Positions 1 to 10,647 of a DNA stretch of 64,000 nt are shown here, in pieces. Source of the DNA: a virus; the IMG/VR virus record IMGVR_UViG_3300044730_001993, positions 1 to 64,000 of that record; one strand, written 5' to 3'. Below the pieces are notes generated by a model, which did no database searches, was not told the DNA's origin, and saw only the letters and a program-made list of their open reading frames with translations. The first letter of the stretch is position 1. Every line of letters starts with the position of its first letter. The position numbers and the translations under genes are program-made.

Positions 1-33
1 CGTTCGCGGCAGGTTTCGATGTTCATAGCGAGC

Positions 34-81
34 CTTCTACGCCAGTCACGTCGCAGTTCTTTACGCTGCCCGTCGGTTTTC
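34..81 (-). promoter_or_regulatory. Class-1 element
   Basis: GAAAACCG..CGTAAAGAA-15-CGTAGAAG, 7 nt before ATG 26. Confidence 0.75.
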
Positions 82-341
82 TCCGCTGGCCTTCTTTACG
101 GGCGCGCTCGCTAAGTTTCGGCGCCGTCGCCTGAACAACGGCCCGCGCGCCGACGGCGTAGTGAGGCTCGCTTTACGAAGCCGTATCGTCGCTCACCGGA
201 ACGCCTCCCGCGAGGCGCAGTGCGCGCCGCCGTTCACCACCACGCACACGTCGTCGGGCGAGCACCCGCACGGCGCCGTCGGGTACGCCGCACGCATCGG
301 AGCGCACGCGATCATCGCCACCGCGAGAACGATCGCGCGCG

Positions 342-641
342 TCACTTCTTGCCCCCGAGGGCGCCCATGCCCGCGAGCATCACTTCGCGCAGCGTCGCCG
401 CCATCGTCTCGCCGCGTGACGTAGCGAGCGCACGCCACCGCTCGCGCAGCGCCCGGTCGAGCAGCGGGGCGCCGTCGACAAGAAACGCGAGCACGATGTC
501 GGTGATCCGCGCCTCCTTGCCGTCGGGCGTGTGGTACTCCCGCCGCATCTCGGTGATGCTCGCGTAGATGCCGGGGGGCACGCGGGCGAACACACGGGGG
601 TTGCCACGTTTGCCCGGTCGTTTCGTCGGTTCGTCGTCCAT
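342..641 (-). CDS. Small putative ribbon-helix-helix DNA-binding protein, divergent from the integrase
   Basis: NPRVFARVPPGIY...ARITDIVLAFL resembles the RHH strand-helix-helix pattern. TTGACA-17-CACTAT lies 8 nt before ATG 641. Confidence 0.45.
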   Translation of the reverse strand: MDDEPTKRPGKRGNPRVFARVPPGIYASITEMRREYHTPDGKEARITDIVLAFLVDGAPLLDRALRERWRALATSRGETMAATLREVMLAGMGALGGKK

Positions 642-760
642 CGCGGGCAATAGTGCGCTTTCGCTTCTCAATTGTCAACGCCGGTTCCCGTGTGCCGCGA
701 TTGACACGACCTACAATACTAATTGTCGCGCGTGTAAGGTTCATGTGCTACGGTTCGCCC

Positions 761-1807
761 ATGAATGAGGAATCGTTGTCAGAAATCGTCGTTCTCGACG
801 CAGACCCCACCCCCGCCGACGATCACGCGCTGGTGCCGCTCAAGCGTCGCCTGCCGAACGATCGAAACCCCATGCTCCTGTACCTGGGGCGCCTCACGGG
901 CGAGACGTCCGCGAAGACGATGGCGCGCGTGCTCAAGCGCGTCGGCGCCGTGATCGCTTCGTGGATGGGCGCCGACGACGTTCCGTACGATCAACTCCCG
1001 TGGCATATGCTCCGCTACCAGCACGTCGCACGGCTGCGCTCGCAGTGGGCGCAGGCGGGGCTCAAGCCTCGCACCATCAACCAGTACCTCAGTGCGGTGA
1101 AGGGCGTGATCGACGAAGCCGAGAACCTCGGGTTGATCCCGCCCGACGATGCCCGCCGCGTCGAGAAGGTGAAGGGGCTCAAGATCCGCGACGAGTTGCT
1201 CGCGGGACGTTCGATCGAAGACGACGAGGTTCGCGCCCTCGTGTCGGCGTGCGACACGTCGGTGATGGGGTTGCGCAACCACGCGCTGCTCGCGCTTCTG
1301 TTCGGTGGCGGGCTGCGCCGTCGCGAGGTCTCGAAGGTGCGCATCGGCGACTTCGACGCGGCGCATGGCGAAGTGCGCGTGCGGGGCAAGGGCGCGAAGG
1401 AACGCCTCGTGCCGCTCTCTCCCGACGCGGTGACGATGGTGAAGGCGTGGCTCGTGCGTCGCGGCACGAGCGACGGGAACGGCGCCCCGTTGCTCGTGGC
1501 GTTCACTTTAGAGGGCGAGGTGAAGCGCGCGAACGGCGCGGTGACGCACCTCACGTCGTCGGGCGTCTACCGCGTGCTCTGCGCCATCGCCGAGAAGGCG
1601 AACGTTCGCGATATCAGTCCGCACGATGCCCGCCGCACGCGCATCACCGAAATGCTCCTCGCCGGGGAGAACATCGTGACGGTGCAGCGCATCGCGGGGC
1701 ACGAGTCCGTCGAGACGACGGGGCGCTACGTTCGCACGGGGCAAGAGGCGGCGCGTGAGTCCGCCGCGCGCGTCCCCATGCTCAAGCGCAAGCCCGCCGC
1801 GGAGTAG
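761..1807 (+). CDS. Tyrosine recombinase/integrase (XerC/XerD-like)
   Basis: Catalytic motifs GLRRREV (R), GKGAKER (K), HDARR (HxxR), AGH (H) and TTGRY (Y). N-terminal SAM-like region RTINQYLSAVK. Confidence 0.93.
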   Translation: MNEESLSEIVVLDADPTPADDHALVPLKRRLPNDRNPMLLYLGRLTGETSAKTMARVLKRVGAVIASWMGADDVPYDQLPWHMLRYQHVARLRSQWAQAGLKPRTINQYLSAVKGVIDEAENLGLIPPDDARRVEKVKGLKIRDELLAGRSIEDDEVRALVSACDTSVMGLRNHALLALLFGGGLRRREVSKVRIGDFDAAHGEVRVRGKGAKERLVPLSPDAVTMVKAWLVRRGTSDGNGAPLLVAFTLEGEVKRANGAVTHLTSSGVYRVLCAIAEKANVRDISPHDARRTRITEMLLAGENIVTVQRIAGHESVETTGRYVRTGQEAARESAARVPMLKRKPAAE

Positions 1808-1862
1808 CGCGCGCCCGCGCTCGACGGTTGCGTTCTGCGGGCGTTCGTGTAGCGTCACACGT

Positions 1863-2378
1863 ATGGCAACCAAGAAGAAGTCTACGAGGAAGCGTCCGTC
1901 GAAGTTGGCGTGCAAGCGCCGCGCGAAGGCGCTCCCGAAGAAGCGCACGGCGTCGGCAGGCAAGTCGCTCGCAGCGTGCCGTCGCCCTGCGAAGCGCGCC
2001 TCCGTCCGCAACGGCTATTACAGCCCGTCCGAAGTCGCCGAACTCAACGAGTATTTCAGCGCCGACAGCGTGCGGCGTCGCGAGGCCGCGCGCGCAGCAT
2101 CGGTCCCCGACTTGTCGGGGTGGCAAGCGTACCGCGGCGGGTCGTACGGACTGAGAGTGTCCGAGGACCGCTCCTACGAGATCGAACCCGTATCGCGCGT
2201 CGCGCGCAAGAACGATCACGCGGGCTACGTTCTTCGCGTGAACCACGGAGTCTACCAAGACTTCGTAGGCCGCAACGGGAAGTACGCGGACCCTTCGCGC
2301 GGTGCGAAGGATTACCTCTTCCGCACACCCGAGCAGGCCGTTCTCGCCGCACGCTCGCACCGCCGCGACAACCTCTGA
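1863..2378 (+). CDS. Hypothetical protein with a long K/R-rich leader ending in the tag KRASVRNG
   Basis: About 50-aa basic leader followed by an ordinary globular domain. TGTAGCGT box 7 nt before the ATG. Confidence 0.65.
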   Translation: MATKKKSTRKRPSKLACKRRAKALPKKRTASAGKSLAACRRPAKRASVRNGYYSPSEVAELNEYFSADSVRRREAARAASVPDLSGWQAYRGGSYGLRVSEDRSYEIEPVSRVARKNDHAGYVLRVNHGVYQDFVGRNGKYADPSRGAKDYLFRTPEQAVLAARSHRRDNL

Positions 2379-2447
2379 GGCGCGCATCGCGCCCTCACCC
2401 CACCAGTCGCAGTTCCCTCGCCACGGCCCGCCCGAGCACCCTCGGCC

Positions 2448-2819
2448 TCACCCTTCGTCGTACGCGCCGCGATCGAACGTCGCGGGCGGCGTCCACCCCG
2501 CCCTGAGCGCGGTTTTGATCCACTCCGGCAACCGCGGCTTCATGCCGAGCGATCGGCGGAGTTCATCGCTGCCGCCATCGCTCTCGGACTCCATCGAGTC
2601 GAGAAGTTGCGGGAGACTGCACCTCTGCATGCCCGTGCCGTGACCGCCGTTGTCCATCCACGTTTGATCGTTGGCGTCGATGGCCCAGTAGTTGTCGATA
2701 TCCCACCCCATCGAGGGGTAGCGACCCGCGCGCTTGAGCGGGAGCGCAGGCCCCGCTTCTCGCCCACCGTCGAGGTAGAAGTTGAAGTGCTCACCGTCGA
2801 ACTCGATCGTGATGCTCAT
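2448..2819 (-). CDS. Hypothetical phage protein
   Basis: Protein-like composition, packed in the minus-strand gene run. Confidence 0.6.
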   Translation of the reverse strand: MSITIEFDGEHFNFYLDGGREAGPALPLKRAGRYPSMGWDIDNYWAIDANDQTWMDNGGHGTGMQRCSLPQLLDSMESESDGGSDELRRSLGMKPRLPEWIKTALRAGWTPPATFDRGAYDEG

Positions 2820-2822
2820 AGT

Positions 2823-3161
2823 CTATGATCCCCTTGCCACGGCCCGCCCGAGCACAGTCGGTTTCGCCGTGAACGTTGTGTACGACACGTCGTGCGACCC
2901 GCCGATCCAGCGCCCGAACGCGCCGCGGTTGAGTTGATTGTCCGACTGCGTGCGCGCCGCCAGTTCGATCAACCCGAGCGCGTGGATCGCGTGCAGCGTG
3001 CGAACGTCTCGCACGTCACCGTGAGCGCCCGTGGTGACGCTCACCCCGGAGCGGAGACCCTCGCCCCACCGGGCGATTTCGCGAGCGTTCGCGGCGTCCC
3101 ACGCCTTGACGACGTGGGCGAGGGCGGCGCGCTGCGCGGGTGTGAGTTTCGGGTGTTTCAT
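2823..3161 (-). CDS. Small winged-helix-like protein (LTPAQ...GLI...GRA family)
   Basis: KLTPAQRAAL...TLHAIHALGLIE...PTVLGRAV. Class-1 promoter at 3169-3199. Confidence 0.5.
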   Translation of the reverse strand: MKHPKLTPAQRAALAHVVKAWDAANAREIARWGEGLRSGVSVTTGAHGDVRDVRTLHAIHALGLIELAARTQSDNQLNRGAFGRWIGGSHDVSYTTFTAKPTVLGRAVARGS

Positions 3162-3193
3162 GGCGAGCATCCTACGCCACCCGGCGTGGCGAT

Positions 3194-3538
3194 CTAACTC
3201 GAAAACGAGACGGCGCCCGCGGCGGTGAGTTCCGCTACCGAGACCGTTTGCCACTGGCAGTCCGGTTCACGCCCCGCGGCGACTTCGGCGTCGCAATACG
3301 CCTGCTTGCGAGCGAGAAGCGTTGCGCCAGCGCGTCGCTCGACTTGCTCACGAACGGCCTCCGCGGCGGCGAACGCATCGGCCCACGTAGCCCCTTCGCC
3401 GACGGTTACGACAACCGTCATTTTTTCGGCAAAGACGATGCGGAACACGCCTTCGGATCGCTTGTGATGGAGCATAAGGGCGAACCCCCAGCGGGCATAG
3501 TTCTGCTCGGCAACCTGCTTGCGCGTCGTCGGTCTCAT
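3194..3538 (-). CDS. Hypothetical protein
   Basis: ATG 4 nt after the class-1 element CGTTAGAT-15-CGTATGAG. Confidence 0.55.
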   Translation of the reverse strand: MRPTTRKQVAEQNYARWGFALMLHHKRSEGVFRIVFAEKMTVVVTVGEGATWADAFAAAEAVREQVERRAGATLLARKQAYCDAEVAAGREPDCQWQTVSVAELTAAGAVSFSS

Positions 3539-3897
3539 GCCTCTCATACGCCTCACGGCGCGGCGATCTAACGGGGGAGGCGCCGATTTGTGATCGCATC
3601 GGACGTTGGCGCCAGTCGCTAACGCAGTACGCGCCTCCAGTGTGTTCCGAGCGTCTGAAGGTTCGCATTTTTCATCCGCTCTACTAGGCGAATCGCCTGC
3701 TCTGGAGGAGGCATATATCCAGACTGCGTGTATCGTCGCCGAGGTCTGGAGAGCCATTGATAGTCGTGATAGAACCGTTCGCCGTCATGCGTTGTGGCGA
3801 ATATGCGCCATGCTGTGCAGAATTGGTGCGTTCTTGAACCGCTCATCACGGTGCTGTTCGCGATCTCGAACTTCATGCCGCTCTCCTGAGAAGATGG

Positions 3898-4413
3898 CTA
3901 CTCGGGGTCGACGTCGATGCCGTTCGCTTCGCCGAAGCGGCGCACTGCGCTGGTCAGTGATTCCCACGCGCGCCTGAGCGATGCTTCGGTTCGCCCGTGC
4001 TTCACCGTGTCCGTTCCAGTGAAGAGAGCAAACCTGCTAGCGTTCTGGATGAAAACGTCTCGATCCATGCGATACGCACCGACTTCGAGGTTGTCGTAGA
4101 CGCCTCGCAGACTATCGATCATATCGCTCATGACGGCAGGGCCGACTTCGACGAGTACCGGGTCAAGGGCGAAGAATTCGTCAGAATTTTTCGCGATCGC
4201 CCCGTACTTCTCCGACTCGTTGTACAGACGGTAACTGCCGGTTTTTCCTCCCCACCCGAGGCCCGACTGTAGACGAACCACCGGGTTACCGAACAATCCC
4301 ATCATCCTGTATCGAGAGTCGATCAGGAGAGGCGAGCGGACCGGCTTCATGCCTTTGGGATAGTTGAGTGCAGTTGTGACGAGCATTGTTCGCATAGTGG
4401 TTACCTCGTACAA
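3898..4413 (-). CDS. Hypothetical protein in a visibly lower-GC patch
   Basis: 171-aa ORF with more A/T-ending codons. TTGACA upstream on the minus strand. Start codon uncertain. Confidence 0.55.
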   Translation of the reverse strand: MYEVTTMRTMLVTTALNYPKGMKPVRSPLLIDSRYRMMGLFGNPVVRLQSGLGWGGKTGSYRLYNESEKYGAIAKNSDEFFALDPVLVEVGPAVMSDMIDSLRGVYDNLEVGAYRMDRDVFIQNASRFALFTGTDTVKHGRTEASLRRAWESLTSAVRRFGEANGIDVDPE

Positions 4414-5339
4414 CGATTACGCGGCATCGTGTTGTGATGTCAACCGATTCTACGCCACCCGGCGCGGAGTTCTTACGAAGAAACGGCCCCCTCGGACTCG
4501 ACGCGACGGCAAAACTCTCTGCCCTCCGAAACCCACGCCTCGCCCGGAAGATCACTGAGACGGACCGTCATGACGCTAACGGGGGCGGCGCTCGCGGTCG
4601 GTGAGCGCGCGGAACACGCCGAGTCGGTTCGGGCGCTCCGGGGCGAACGCAGCGCGCGGACGTTCGGTTCTAGGTGCCACGTTCACCATCACTGCCACCG
4701 CATCACGCCGATCACGAGGCGCGGCTTGCTCGCACCGGGGATGATGCGCCGCAGTTGCTCGATCGTGGCGCGCTGCCGCTTCGAGAACCGCATCGCGGCT
4801 GCGACCCTCTCGGGAGTAGTCGTTGCGAGCCCGCCGCCGTCGCCATCGCCCGTCGCGTGCGCCGCTTCGCGCCCGATCACCCACCGCACGTCAACGTCGC
4901 TGCCGCACCACTCGACGGTGAGCCCGCGGCGCCACAACCGTCTGTCGATCCCGTTCATGACGCGACTGAGCACGGAGCGCCACCACCGGGTGTGTTCGCT
5001 GCCCTGCGTATCGTCGTCGTCGCCATCGTCGGGCGGTTCCACGTCGAGCGAGAACGCCGCCACGAGTTGTCGGATCACGGCGGGCGGGAGGTCTTCGGTG
5101 TCGACGATGATCCCGTAGGTGACCCACGCGGAGGTGTCTATGCCCACGATGCCTCCTCGCGGACGGGCGAACCGTTCGCATCGACGGGTGACGAAACGCG
5201 CGCCATCGCGATGCGGGGCGGCGGGAGCGTCGGCTCTACTGGCGCCGCGACGGGCTCGCGCCCGCACGACTCGCGGTAGCCGATGAACCAGAGGTCGCCG
5301 TTCGGCCCCTCCGCGAAGGGGAGTTCGAGTTCCATGCCC

Positions 5340-5371
5340 CTTCTACGTCGCGGGGCGACCGATTCTTTACG
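5340..5371 (-). promoter_or_regulatory. Class-1 element
   Basis: CGTAAAGAA-15-CGTAGAAG, 4 nt before ATG 5335. Confidence 0.75.
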
Positions 5372-5735
5372 TGGCGGCGAAGAATTCTGCGAGGGTGCCC
5401 GCGCTCACCAGCGCGTAGCCACGCGCCATCGCCTCGGTCGCGGAGCGTCGGTCGAGCAGAACGGCGACGCCCCGCGCCTCGATCGCAGCGCGGCGATCGT
5501 CGGCCAGTGCGAGAACGTCCGCAGGCGCGCAGCGAACGTACACGGCGAAGCGGGCGAGTTGGTCGATCGTAAGGGCGGACGTGCCGTGCTCGATGCGCGA
5601 CCACGTACTCGGCGCTAGTTCCATCGCCGCAGCGCAGTCCGCTTGCGTAGCGCCGTGACGGTCGCGGAGCCGCGCGACGGCGGCACCGACGATCGCGGCG
5701 TAGGTGGTGGCGGGGGTCACGGCGCGGTCGCTCAC
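5367..5735 (-). CDS. XRE-family helix-turn-helix regulator
   Basis: VARLRDRHGATQADCAAAMELAPSTWSRIEHG...LTIDQL. Confidence 0.85.
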   Translation of the reverse strand: MSDRAVTPATTYAAIVGAAVARLRDRHGATQADCAAAMELAPSTWSRIEHGTSALTIDQLARFAVYVRCAPADVLALADDRRAAIEARGVAVLLDRRSATEAMARGYALVSAGTLAEFFAAT

Positions 5736-6008
5736 CGCGACGCCTTGGATGCGAGGTTCTTCGCGTCCGCAATCGCCTCTCGCTTGTCGTGCCACGGGTA
5801 CAGCACGGATCGCTCGACGGTGTCGATCACGGTGTACGCTGCGGCCATGCGGAACGTGCGCCCGACTTCGCGGAGTCCGACACGCGCAGCGATGAAGCGG
5901 CCATCCTTCGACGACCACGCCACGTCGCCACGCCGAACGGTGACGCCTTCGCCCTTGAAAACAACGTCGTCGATCATGCTGGTTATACGACGCTGGTGGC
6001 GCCGTTCT

Positions 6009-6800
6009 TCAGCGGCCGAACCACTTCCCCGGCGTTCGTGGTTTCGGATTGCTCCACAACTTGAACGCTTCGATGTATTCCGGCCCGATCGTTCCGCGCG
6101 CACGGTCGCCGCCTACCTCGAAGATCGCCGACGGCGGCACGCCGTACCTCATGCGGTACTGGTGCGCACCAGCCGAGATATCGCGGTCGTCGAGGTCGGG
6201 CGATAGATCGTCCCACGGAACGATCACGCGGAGCACGATAGGGTCGCCCCCGTGCTCGCGCGCGGCCTTGAGCGCGTAGTCCCACGCACCGCCCGGTCCG
6301 CCGCTCGGTGCGCGCGTGAGGTACACCCAACCGCGCGTCGTGCTCGACCACGTACGTTTCGGTGCATCGGTCTGGAGACCGTTGCGTTTGATATCGCGGA
6401 GGAGCGCGGTCGACGTTCCGTGGTACATCCACACGAGAGCGCCCGTGAACTTCCCACGGTGCCCGCCCTTCGGCTTCGGCGGAACCTCGAACGCTTGCGA
6501 CTCCCATCGCTCGGCTTCGGCGGCGGCAAGGTCGTACCCCGAACGCTTCGACGACTCGGCCTCGCGCTCCGCGATCCACTCTTCGACCTCGGTTCGGTCG
6601 GAGGCAAGAAGGAACTCGACGAAGCGATTCCACAGGATGTAAGGCGTCGTTCGCGCGTGCGCGATGGCGCGGTCGTAGAGCGGATCGCCCCACAAGCGAG
6701 CGGGATAAGGCACCTTCTTCGCGCGGTCGATCCACTTCGGCATCCTGCCGACTGCCGTGTTTCGTATAGACCTTCGGAGTACGTTCTTCGCTCTAGCCAT
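6009..6800 (-). CDS. ADP-ribosyltransferase-fold protein (YHGT type) with N-terminal RRSIRNT tag
   Basis: WMYHGTS...IKRNGL...WVYLT...AWDYA...IVLRVIV...VPPSAI, typical of Tpt1/KptA-like ART folds. Confidence 0.7.
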   Translation of the reverse strand: MARAKNVLRRSIRNTAVGRMPKWIDRAKKVPYPARLWGDPLYDRAIAHARTTPYILWNRFVEFLLASDRTEVEEWIAEREAESSKRSGYDLAAAEAERWESQAFEVPPKPKGGHRGKFTGALVWMYHGTSTALLRDIKRNGLQTDAPKRTWSSTTRGWVYLTRAPSGGPGGAWDYALKAAREHGGDPIVLRVIVPWDDLSPDLDDRDISAGAHQYRMRYGVPPSAIFEVGGDRARGTIGPEYIEAFKLWSNPKPRTPGKWFGR

Positions 6801-6877
6801 CGCATCCGTACGCTACGCGAGCATTTGCCGCTAGGCAACTAGCAACGCTCGCCGCGCGAGGGTGTATCCTCGCAGCC

Positions 6878-7621
6878 ATGCGCCGCTCCCACCGCAACAG
6901 CCTCGCCGACGCCCTCCCCCTCTTCTCGAACGCCGACGACGTGGCGTACGCCGCCGACCGCTACGGCGGACTCGCCGACGAACTGCCCGACGCCGCCGAC
7001 CGGGCGCTCCGTGCGGGCGCGCGGGCGCCTCTGCGCTACCTCGGAGCGGGAGCGAACGGCATCGTGTTCTGCGACGCCCGCAAGCGAGGCTACAAGGTCG
7101 CCCGCTCGCGGGACACGTTCGCGTCGCTCGCCGACGAAGCGGAGTGGCTCTCCGTCGCCAGCGCCGACCCGACGCTGCGCAGTCACGTCGCGAAGTTCCG
7201 CGCGTGGCACCCGACGCTCGGAGTGATCGAGCGCGAGTGCGTGCAAGCGCAGGATCGCGAGAAGGTGCGAACGTGGGGTCTCGACGATAAACGGTGGAAT
7301 CTGCACCGCATGATCGGGCGCGTGATGCGCCAGTACGGGTGGTCGGCACCGGAGTACAAGGACGATTCCTACATCGTCACGCGCGATCGTGGCCTTGTGC
7401 TCGTCGATGCGGGCTACGTGCTCCGTCTCGGGAGTCGCCTCGCGCGTGAGGTTGCGGCGACACACCGCGACCCGTCGGCGTCGGCCTTCGATCGCGACTT
7501 CTCGCGCGGCACGCTGCGTTCGGAGTACGGCAGGACGATCCCGCGGATGGCTGGCGAGCGGCTGCACGATCGCCTCGCGCCACTCCCGAACGGGAACCGT
7601 GCGCGGCGTCGCTCGCGCTAG
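6878..7621 (+). CDS. Atypical protein-kinase-fold protein with RRSHRNS leader and basic tail
   Basis: Gly loop YLGAGANGIVF, YKVA lysine, helix C EAEWL, VLVDAG. The catalytic loop is degenerate (PEYKDDS). Confidence 0.65.
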   Translation: MRRSHRNSLADALPLFSNADDVAYAADRYGGLADELPDAADRALRAGARAPLRYLGAGANGIVFCDARKRGYKVARSRDTFASLADEAEWLSVASADPTLRSHVAKFRAWHPTLGVIERECVQAQDREKVRTWGLDDKRWNLHRMIGRVMRQYGWSAPEYKDDSYIVTRDRGLVLVDAGYVLRLGSRLAREVAATHRDPSASAFDRDFSRGTLRSEYGRTIPRMAGERLHDRLAPLPNGNRARRRSR

Positions 7622-7920
7622 ACCGCTTCGAGCTCGAAGACGGGCTTGCTGGTCTTCGCGGCGTTGACATAGACCGCGTAGGGCCAGTTGGAATCGTCGA
7701 TGTCCATCTGCGCCACGCGCGCAGTCTTCTTGACGAGACCCTCGTCCTTGAGCGCGCGGAGAATGTCACCCGCGGTGCCGCTCTCGGCGAGGGTCACCTT
7801 GCTCCCGGTGTACGATCGGTCGTTGACTTCGTAACCGTCCCTCGCGTTGCCCCACACGTCGAGCGTGTAGACCTTGAACGTGACGGACGCGCTGTTCTTC
7901 ACTGCGCGACGAAAACACAA
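7618..7920 (-). CDS. Hypothetical protein with RRAVKNS leader
   Basis: TLDVWGNARDGYEVND motif and protein-like composition. Confidence 0.6.
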   Translation of the reverse strand: MCFRRAVKNSASVTFKVYTLDVWGNARDGYEVNDRSYTGSKVTLAESGTAGDILRALKDEGLVKKTARVAQMDIDDSNWPYAVYVNAAKTSKPVFELEAV

Positions 7921-7965
7921 CCGCCGATGTTCGATCGGTACTTCTCGCGCGCGGCGTCGAGCGCG

Positions 7966-8259
7966 CTAGACGCCCCACGGCCAGCGCACGGGAATCCAGC
8001 GCGAGAGCACGCCGTCGGCTGGCTTCTCCGCGGCCCTACGCCACCAGAACAGAAGCACCAGCGGGGCACCGACGACGTAGACGCGCCAGTCGAGGATGCC
8101 CGCGTGACGCGCGATCGCTCCGATCGTCGCTCCGATGGCAACCCCGACGGGGATATTGAATACGCCGTACGGGCCAAACTGGCGCGCGTACCACCGCTTC
8201 GGCGGAGGCGGCGGCTGCACCACGTCGGCGGTGCGATATGGCGAACCTGCGCTACCCAC
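7966..8259 (-). CDS. Small two-TM membrane protein
   Basis: Hydrophobic segments IPVGVAIGATIGAIA and VYVVGAPLVLLFWW. Confidence 0.5.
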   Translation of the reverse strand: MGSAGSPYRTADVVQPPPPPKRWYARQFGPYGVFNIPVGVAIGATIGAIARHAGILDWRVYVVGAPLVLLFWWRRAAEKPADGVLSRWIPVRWPWGV

Positions 8260-8562
8260 CGCACGCCTCCATTTCGGCGAGCACGTCGGTCGCCGCAGCC
8301 CGCAGGCGCAGCCACGCGGCGCCGTGCCACGCGTCGGGCATTCCGAGGAGCGACGCGAGCGCCTCTCGCGTGGCGAAGTTTTCGTGTTGCTCGCGCATCA
8401 TCGCGATCGTCCCCTCCGCGTGGCGCGAGCATTGATAGTCGCCGTACATCGCGCACTCGTCGCAGTTGTCTTCATCGTCGCGGTCGTCGCCGCAAGCGCA
8501 CCGATCGTGCCCGCACTCGTCGCAGCGTTCGTCGCCCTCCGCCAACGCTCCGTCGTCGTGCC

Positions 8563-9240
8563 TCACGTTCCCCACCCCTTCACCACGGCGCTCGCGGCGG
8601 CGAGACGCTCCGCACGCATCGTCGCGTCGCTGGCGTGTTGCTGCACCTTCGCCAGCGTAGCGCGAGCGTCGTTCGCATCCATCACGGCGCGCTCGGCGTC
8701 GAACTGGAGTTCCTGCGCTACTTCGTCCGCGAACTCTTCGAGCGTGTCGCACCCCAACACGCAGCCCCCGTAGGTCGTACGCATCCCGACCCACTCGCCC
8801 TTGTCGAGCTCCATGACACACCACGATTCGAGCGGAGGGTTGCAGTTGTGATCGACGCGCACGATCACGCGAACGTCGTCGTTGCTCGCGAGCGCCGCGA
8901 GAACCGGCAGGAGTTTCGCGATCACCGCGGCCTCTTCGGGTGTCGGTTCGCGCGACACAACCTTGCGGTCGTACTCCGCGTCCGCTTCGATCGTCGCCAG
9001 AACAGCGGCGCGGTACTCCGGCGACGCGCCGACCGCATCGCAGATGGGGGTGGCGAGCGCCCTGAGATCACGCGCGAGAAGTTCGGGCGCGTACCCGTCG
9101 AAACTGCGCTTCGCGTTCTCGCGAACGTACGGTTCGTCGGACTCGACGAGTGCCGCGGTGCCTCGGTAACTCTCGACGCGGTAGCCGTCCCACGCGAAGG
9201 CGAGCGTGCGGTCACCGAGCTTGAATTCATGCCACTTCAT
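8563..9240 (-). CDS. Hypothetical protein
   Basis: 225 aa with GC3-biased codons. Overlaps the upstream stop (ATGA). Confidence 0.65.
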   Translation of the reverse strand: MKWHEFKLGDRTLAFAWDGYRVESYRGTAALVESDEPYVRENAKRSFDGYAPELLARDLRALATPICDAVGASPEYRAAVLATIEADAEYDRKVVSREPTPEEAAVIAKLLPVLAALASNDDVRVIVRVDHNCNPPLESWCVMELDKGEWVGMRTTYGGCVLGCDTLEEFADEVAQELQFDAERAVMDANDARATLAKVQQHASDATMRAERLAAASAVVKGWGT

Positions 9241-9475
9241 CTTCTGTCCTCACCGAACTCGATGCCGAGCGCGCGGGCGAGTGCTCCCGCCGCGTGGCCC
9301 TTTACCTTCGCGCTGGCGGAGTGGCGCGATACCTGAGCACCGCTCCTGCCCGTCACCACCACCCACGCGTCCCACTGCGCCTTCTCCGCGTCGTGCTCTA
9401 CGTCGCCGTGCGCCTCGCACCCCGGAAACCGCTCGCGGAGCACGGCGCACACCTTCACCAGAACGTCGCCGGAGG

Positions 9476-9823
9476 TCACTCGGAGGCTCCGAAATCCTGC
9501 CACGTCAGGAACGCGAGGGAGCGCGCGAACTTCGCCGACTCTCGCGCTGGATATCGAGAGAACGCCTGAGACTCGAAGTAGTCCGCAGGGCTGACCGACG
9601 GCGGCTTGCAGAACGCGGGCTTCGCCGCCCAGCGCATGATCGCTGCGTACGGGTGCGCGTCGAGTTCCTCGCGCGAGAGCACGGCGGTGTCCCTGCGCGC
9701 TTCGAGGTACTTCGTGGCCCACTCCAGCGCGCCGACGTGCGTGTACTTGAGCACCAGTTCGATCGCCTGCACGCTCCGTTCGAGCGCGGCGAACTCGTCC
9801 GGGTCTACGGTCTCGATGTTCAT
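9476..9823 (-). CDS. Hypothetical protein (leaderless, class-1 promoter)
   Basis: ATG 4 nt after CGTGAAGAA-15-CGTAGAAG. Confidence 0.65.
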   Translation of the reverse strand: MNIETVDPDEFAALERSVQAIELVLKYTHVGALEWATKYLEARRDTAVLSREELDAHPYAAIMRWAAKPAFCKPPSVSPADYFESQAFSRYPARESAKFARSLAFLTWQDFGASE

Positions 9824-9827
9824 GCGC

Positions 9828-9913
9828 CTTCTACGCCGCCAGCGCGGCGATTCTTCACGGCGCGGGAGAAAATCGGTGGCGGCGTTAGAACGGCGCTGCG
9901 AGCGGCGTATGAG
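9828..9913. promoter_or_regulatory. Divergent pair of class-1 elements
   Basis: Minus strand CGTGAAGAA-15-CGTAGAAG. Plus strand CGTTAGAA-15-CGTATGAG. Confidence 0.75.
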
Positions 9914-9918
9914 GTGGC

Positions 9919-10260
9919 ATGAACCACGAACAATGCAGGGTCGGAATGCATGTATTCTTCGGTCGCGAGAACGGCGAGAAGACGCTCGGCGAAGTGATCC
10001 GCAAGAACCCCACGAAGGCCGTAGTGCGGACGCTGGAGTCGCGCGGAGACGGTCGCGGGTCGTTCGTCGGCGCCGAGTGGCGGGTGCCCTACTCGATGCT
10101 CTCGCCCGCTACGAACGTCGCCGCCAGCGACGCGCCCATCGCGCGACCCGCCGTCGACCACGAGTCGGTGTTCGCGAGCGTTCGCGCTGCGATCGAGCGC
10201 GGCGACAAGGCCGTCGCTGCGCGACTTCTGCGCGGACTCGCGGCGACTCTCGACGGGTGA
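9919..10260 (+). CDS. Hypothetical protein, possibly SH3-like at the N-terminus
   Basis: VGMHVFFG...LGEVIRKNPTKAVV...WRVPYSML. Class-1 promoter at 9869-9913. Confidence 0.6.
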   Translation: MNHEQCRVGMHVFFGRENGEKTLGEVIRKNPTKAVVRTLESRGDGRGSFVGAEWRVPYSMLSPATNVAASDAPIARPAVDHESVFASVRAAIERGDKAVAARLLRGLAATLDG

Positions 10261-10269
10261 CCGGCCCGG

Positions 10270-10647
10270 TCAAGCGATGGGACCGCCGACGATCCACGCG
10301 CTGCACGTCCGACTCGCCGCGCACTTGAAGTTGAACATCCGGCAGTACCCGAGTTCGGCCCTCACGATCACCTCGTCGGCGTCGAGGCCGTTGCCCATCG
10401 CCAGCCCCTCCTTGATGCAGTCGAGCATCTGCGGAGTGATATCGAACGCAGCGCAGTTGCCGCAGAGCATCGTGCGCGCCTCCGCGGGGGTGGCGCCCCA
10501 TCGGCTCGCGAGCGACGCCCAGAAACCGGCGTTCTCCAGCCGCGGGTTCGCCGGTCCGTAGTGCGCGGAGTCGATCGCGTGTTGACGGTTGGCGAGGTTG
10601 AGGATCGTGTCTTGCGTGGGCGCGGGACAGAGGGGGAGTTTTCGCAT
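10270..10647 (-). CDS. Cys-rich phage protein (CGNC...GYC...KC...TCSAW)
   Basis: Cys spacing suggests metal or Fe-S binding. I recall this motif from other phage proteins. Confidence 0.7.
   Translation of the reverse strand: MRKLPLCPAPTQDTILNLANRQHAIDSAHYGPANPRLENAGFWASLASRWGATPAEARTMLCGNCAAFDITPQMLDCIKEGLAMGNGLDADEVIVRAELGYCRMFNFKCAASRTCSAWIVGGPIA

Noticed and set aside
1-1860. Attachment site or prophage boundary beside the integrase
   Set aside because: Phage-like genes and the class-1 element continue on both sides. No tRNA or core repeat was recognised.
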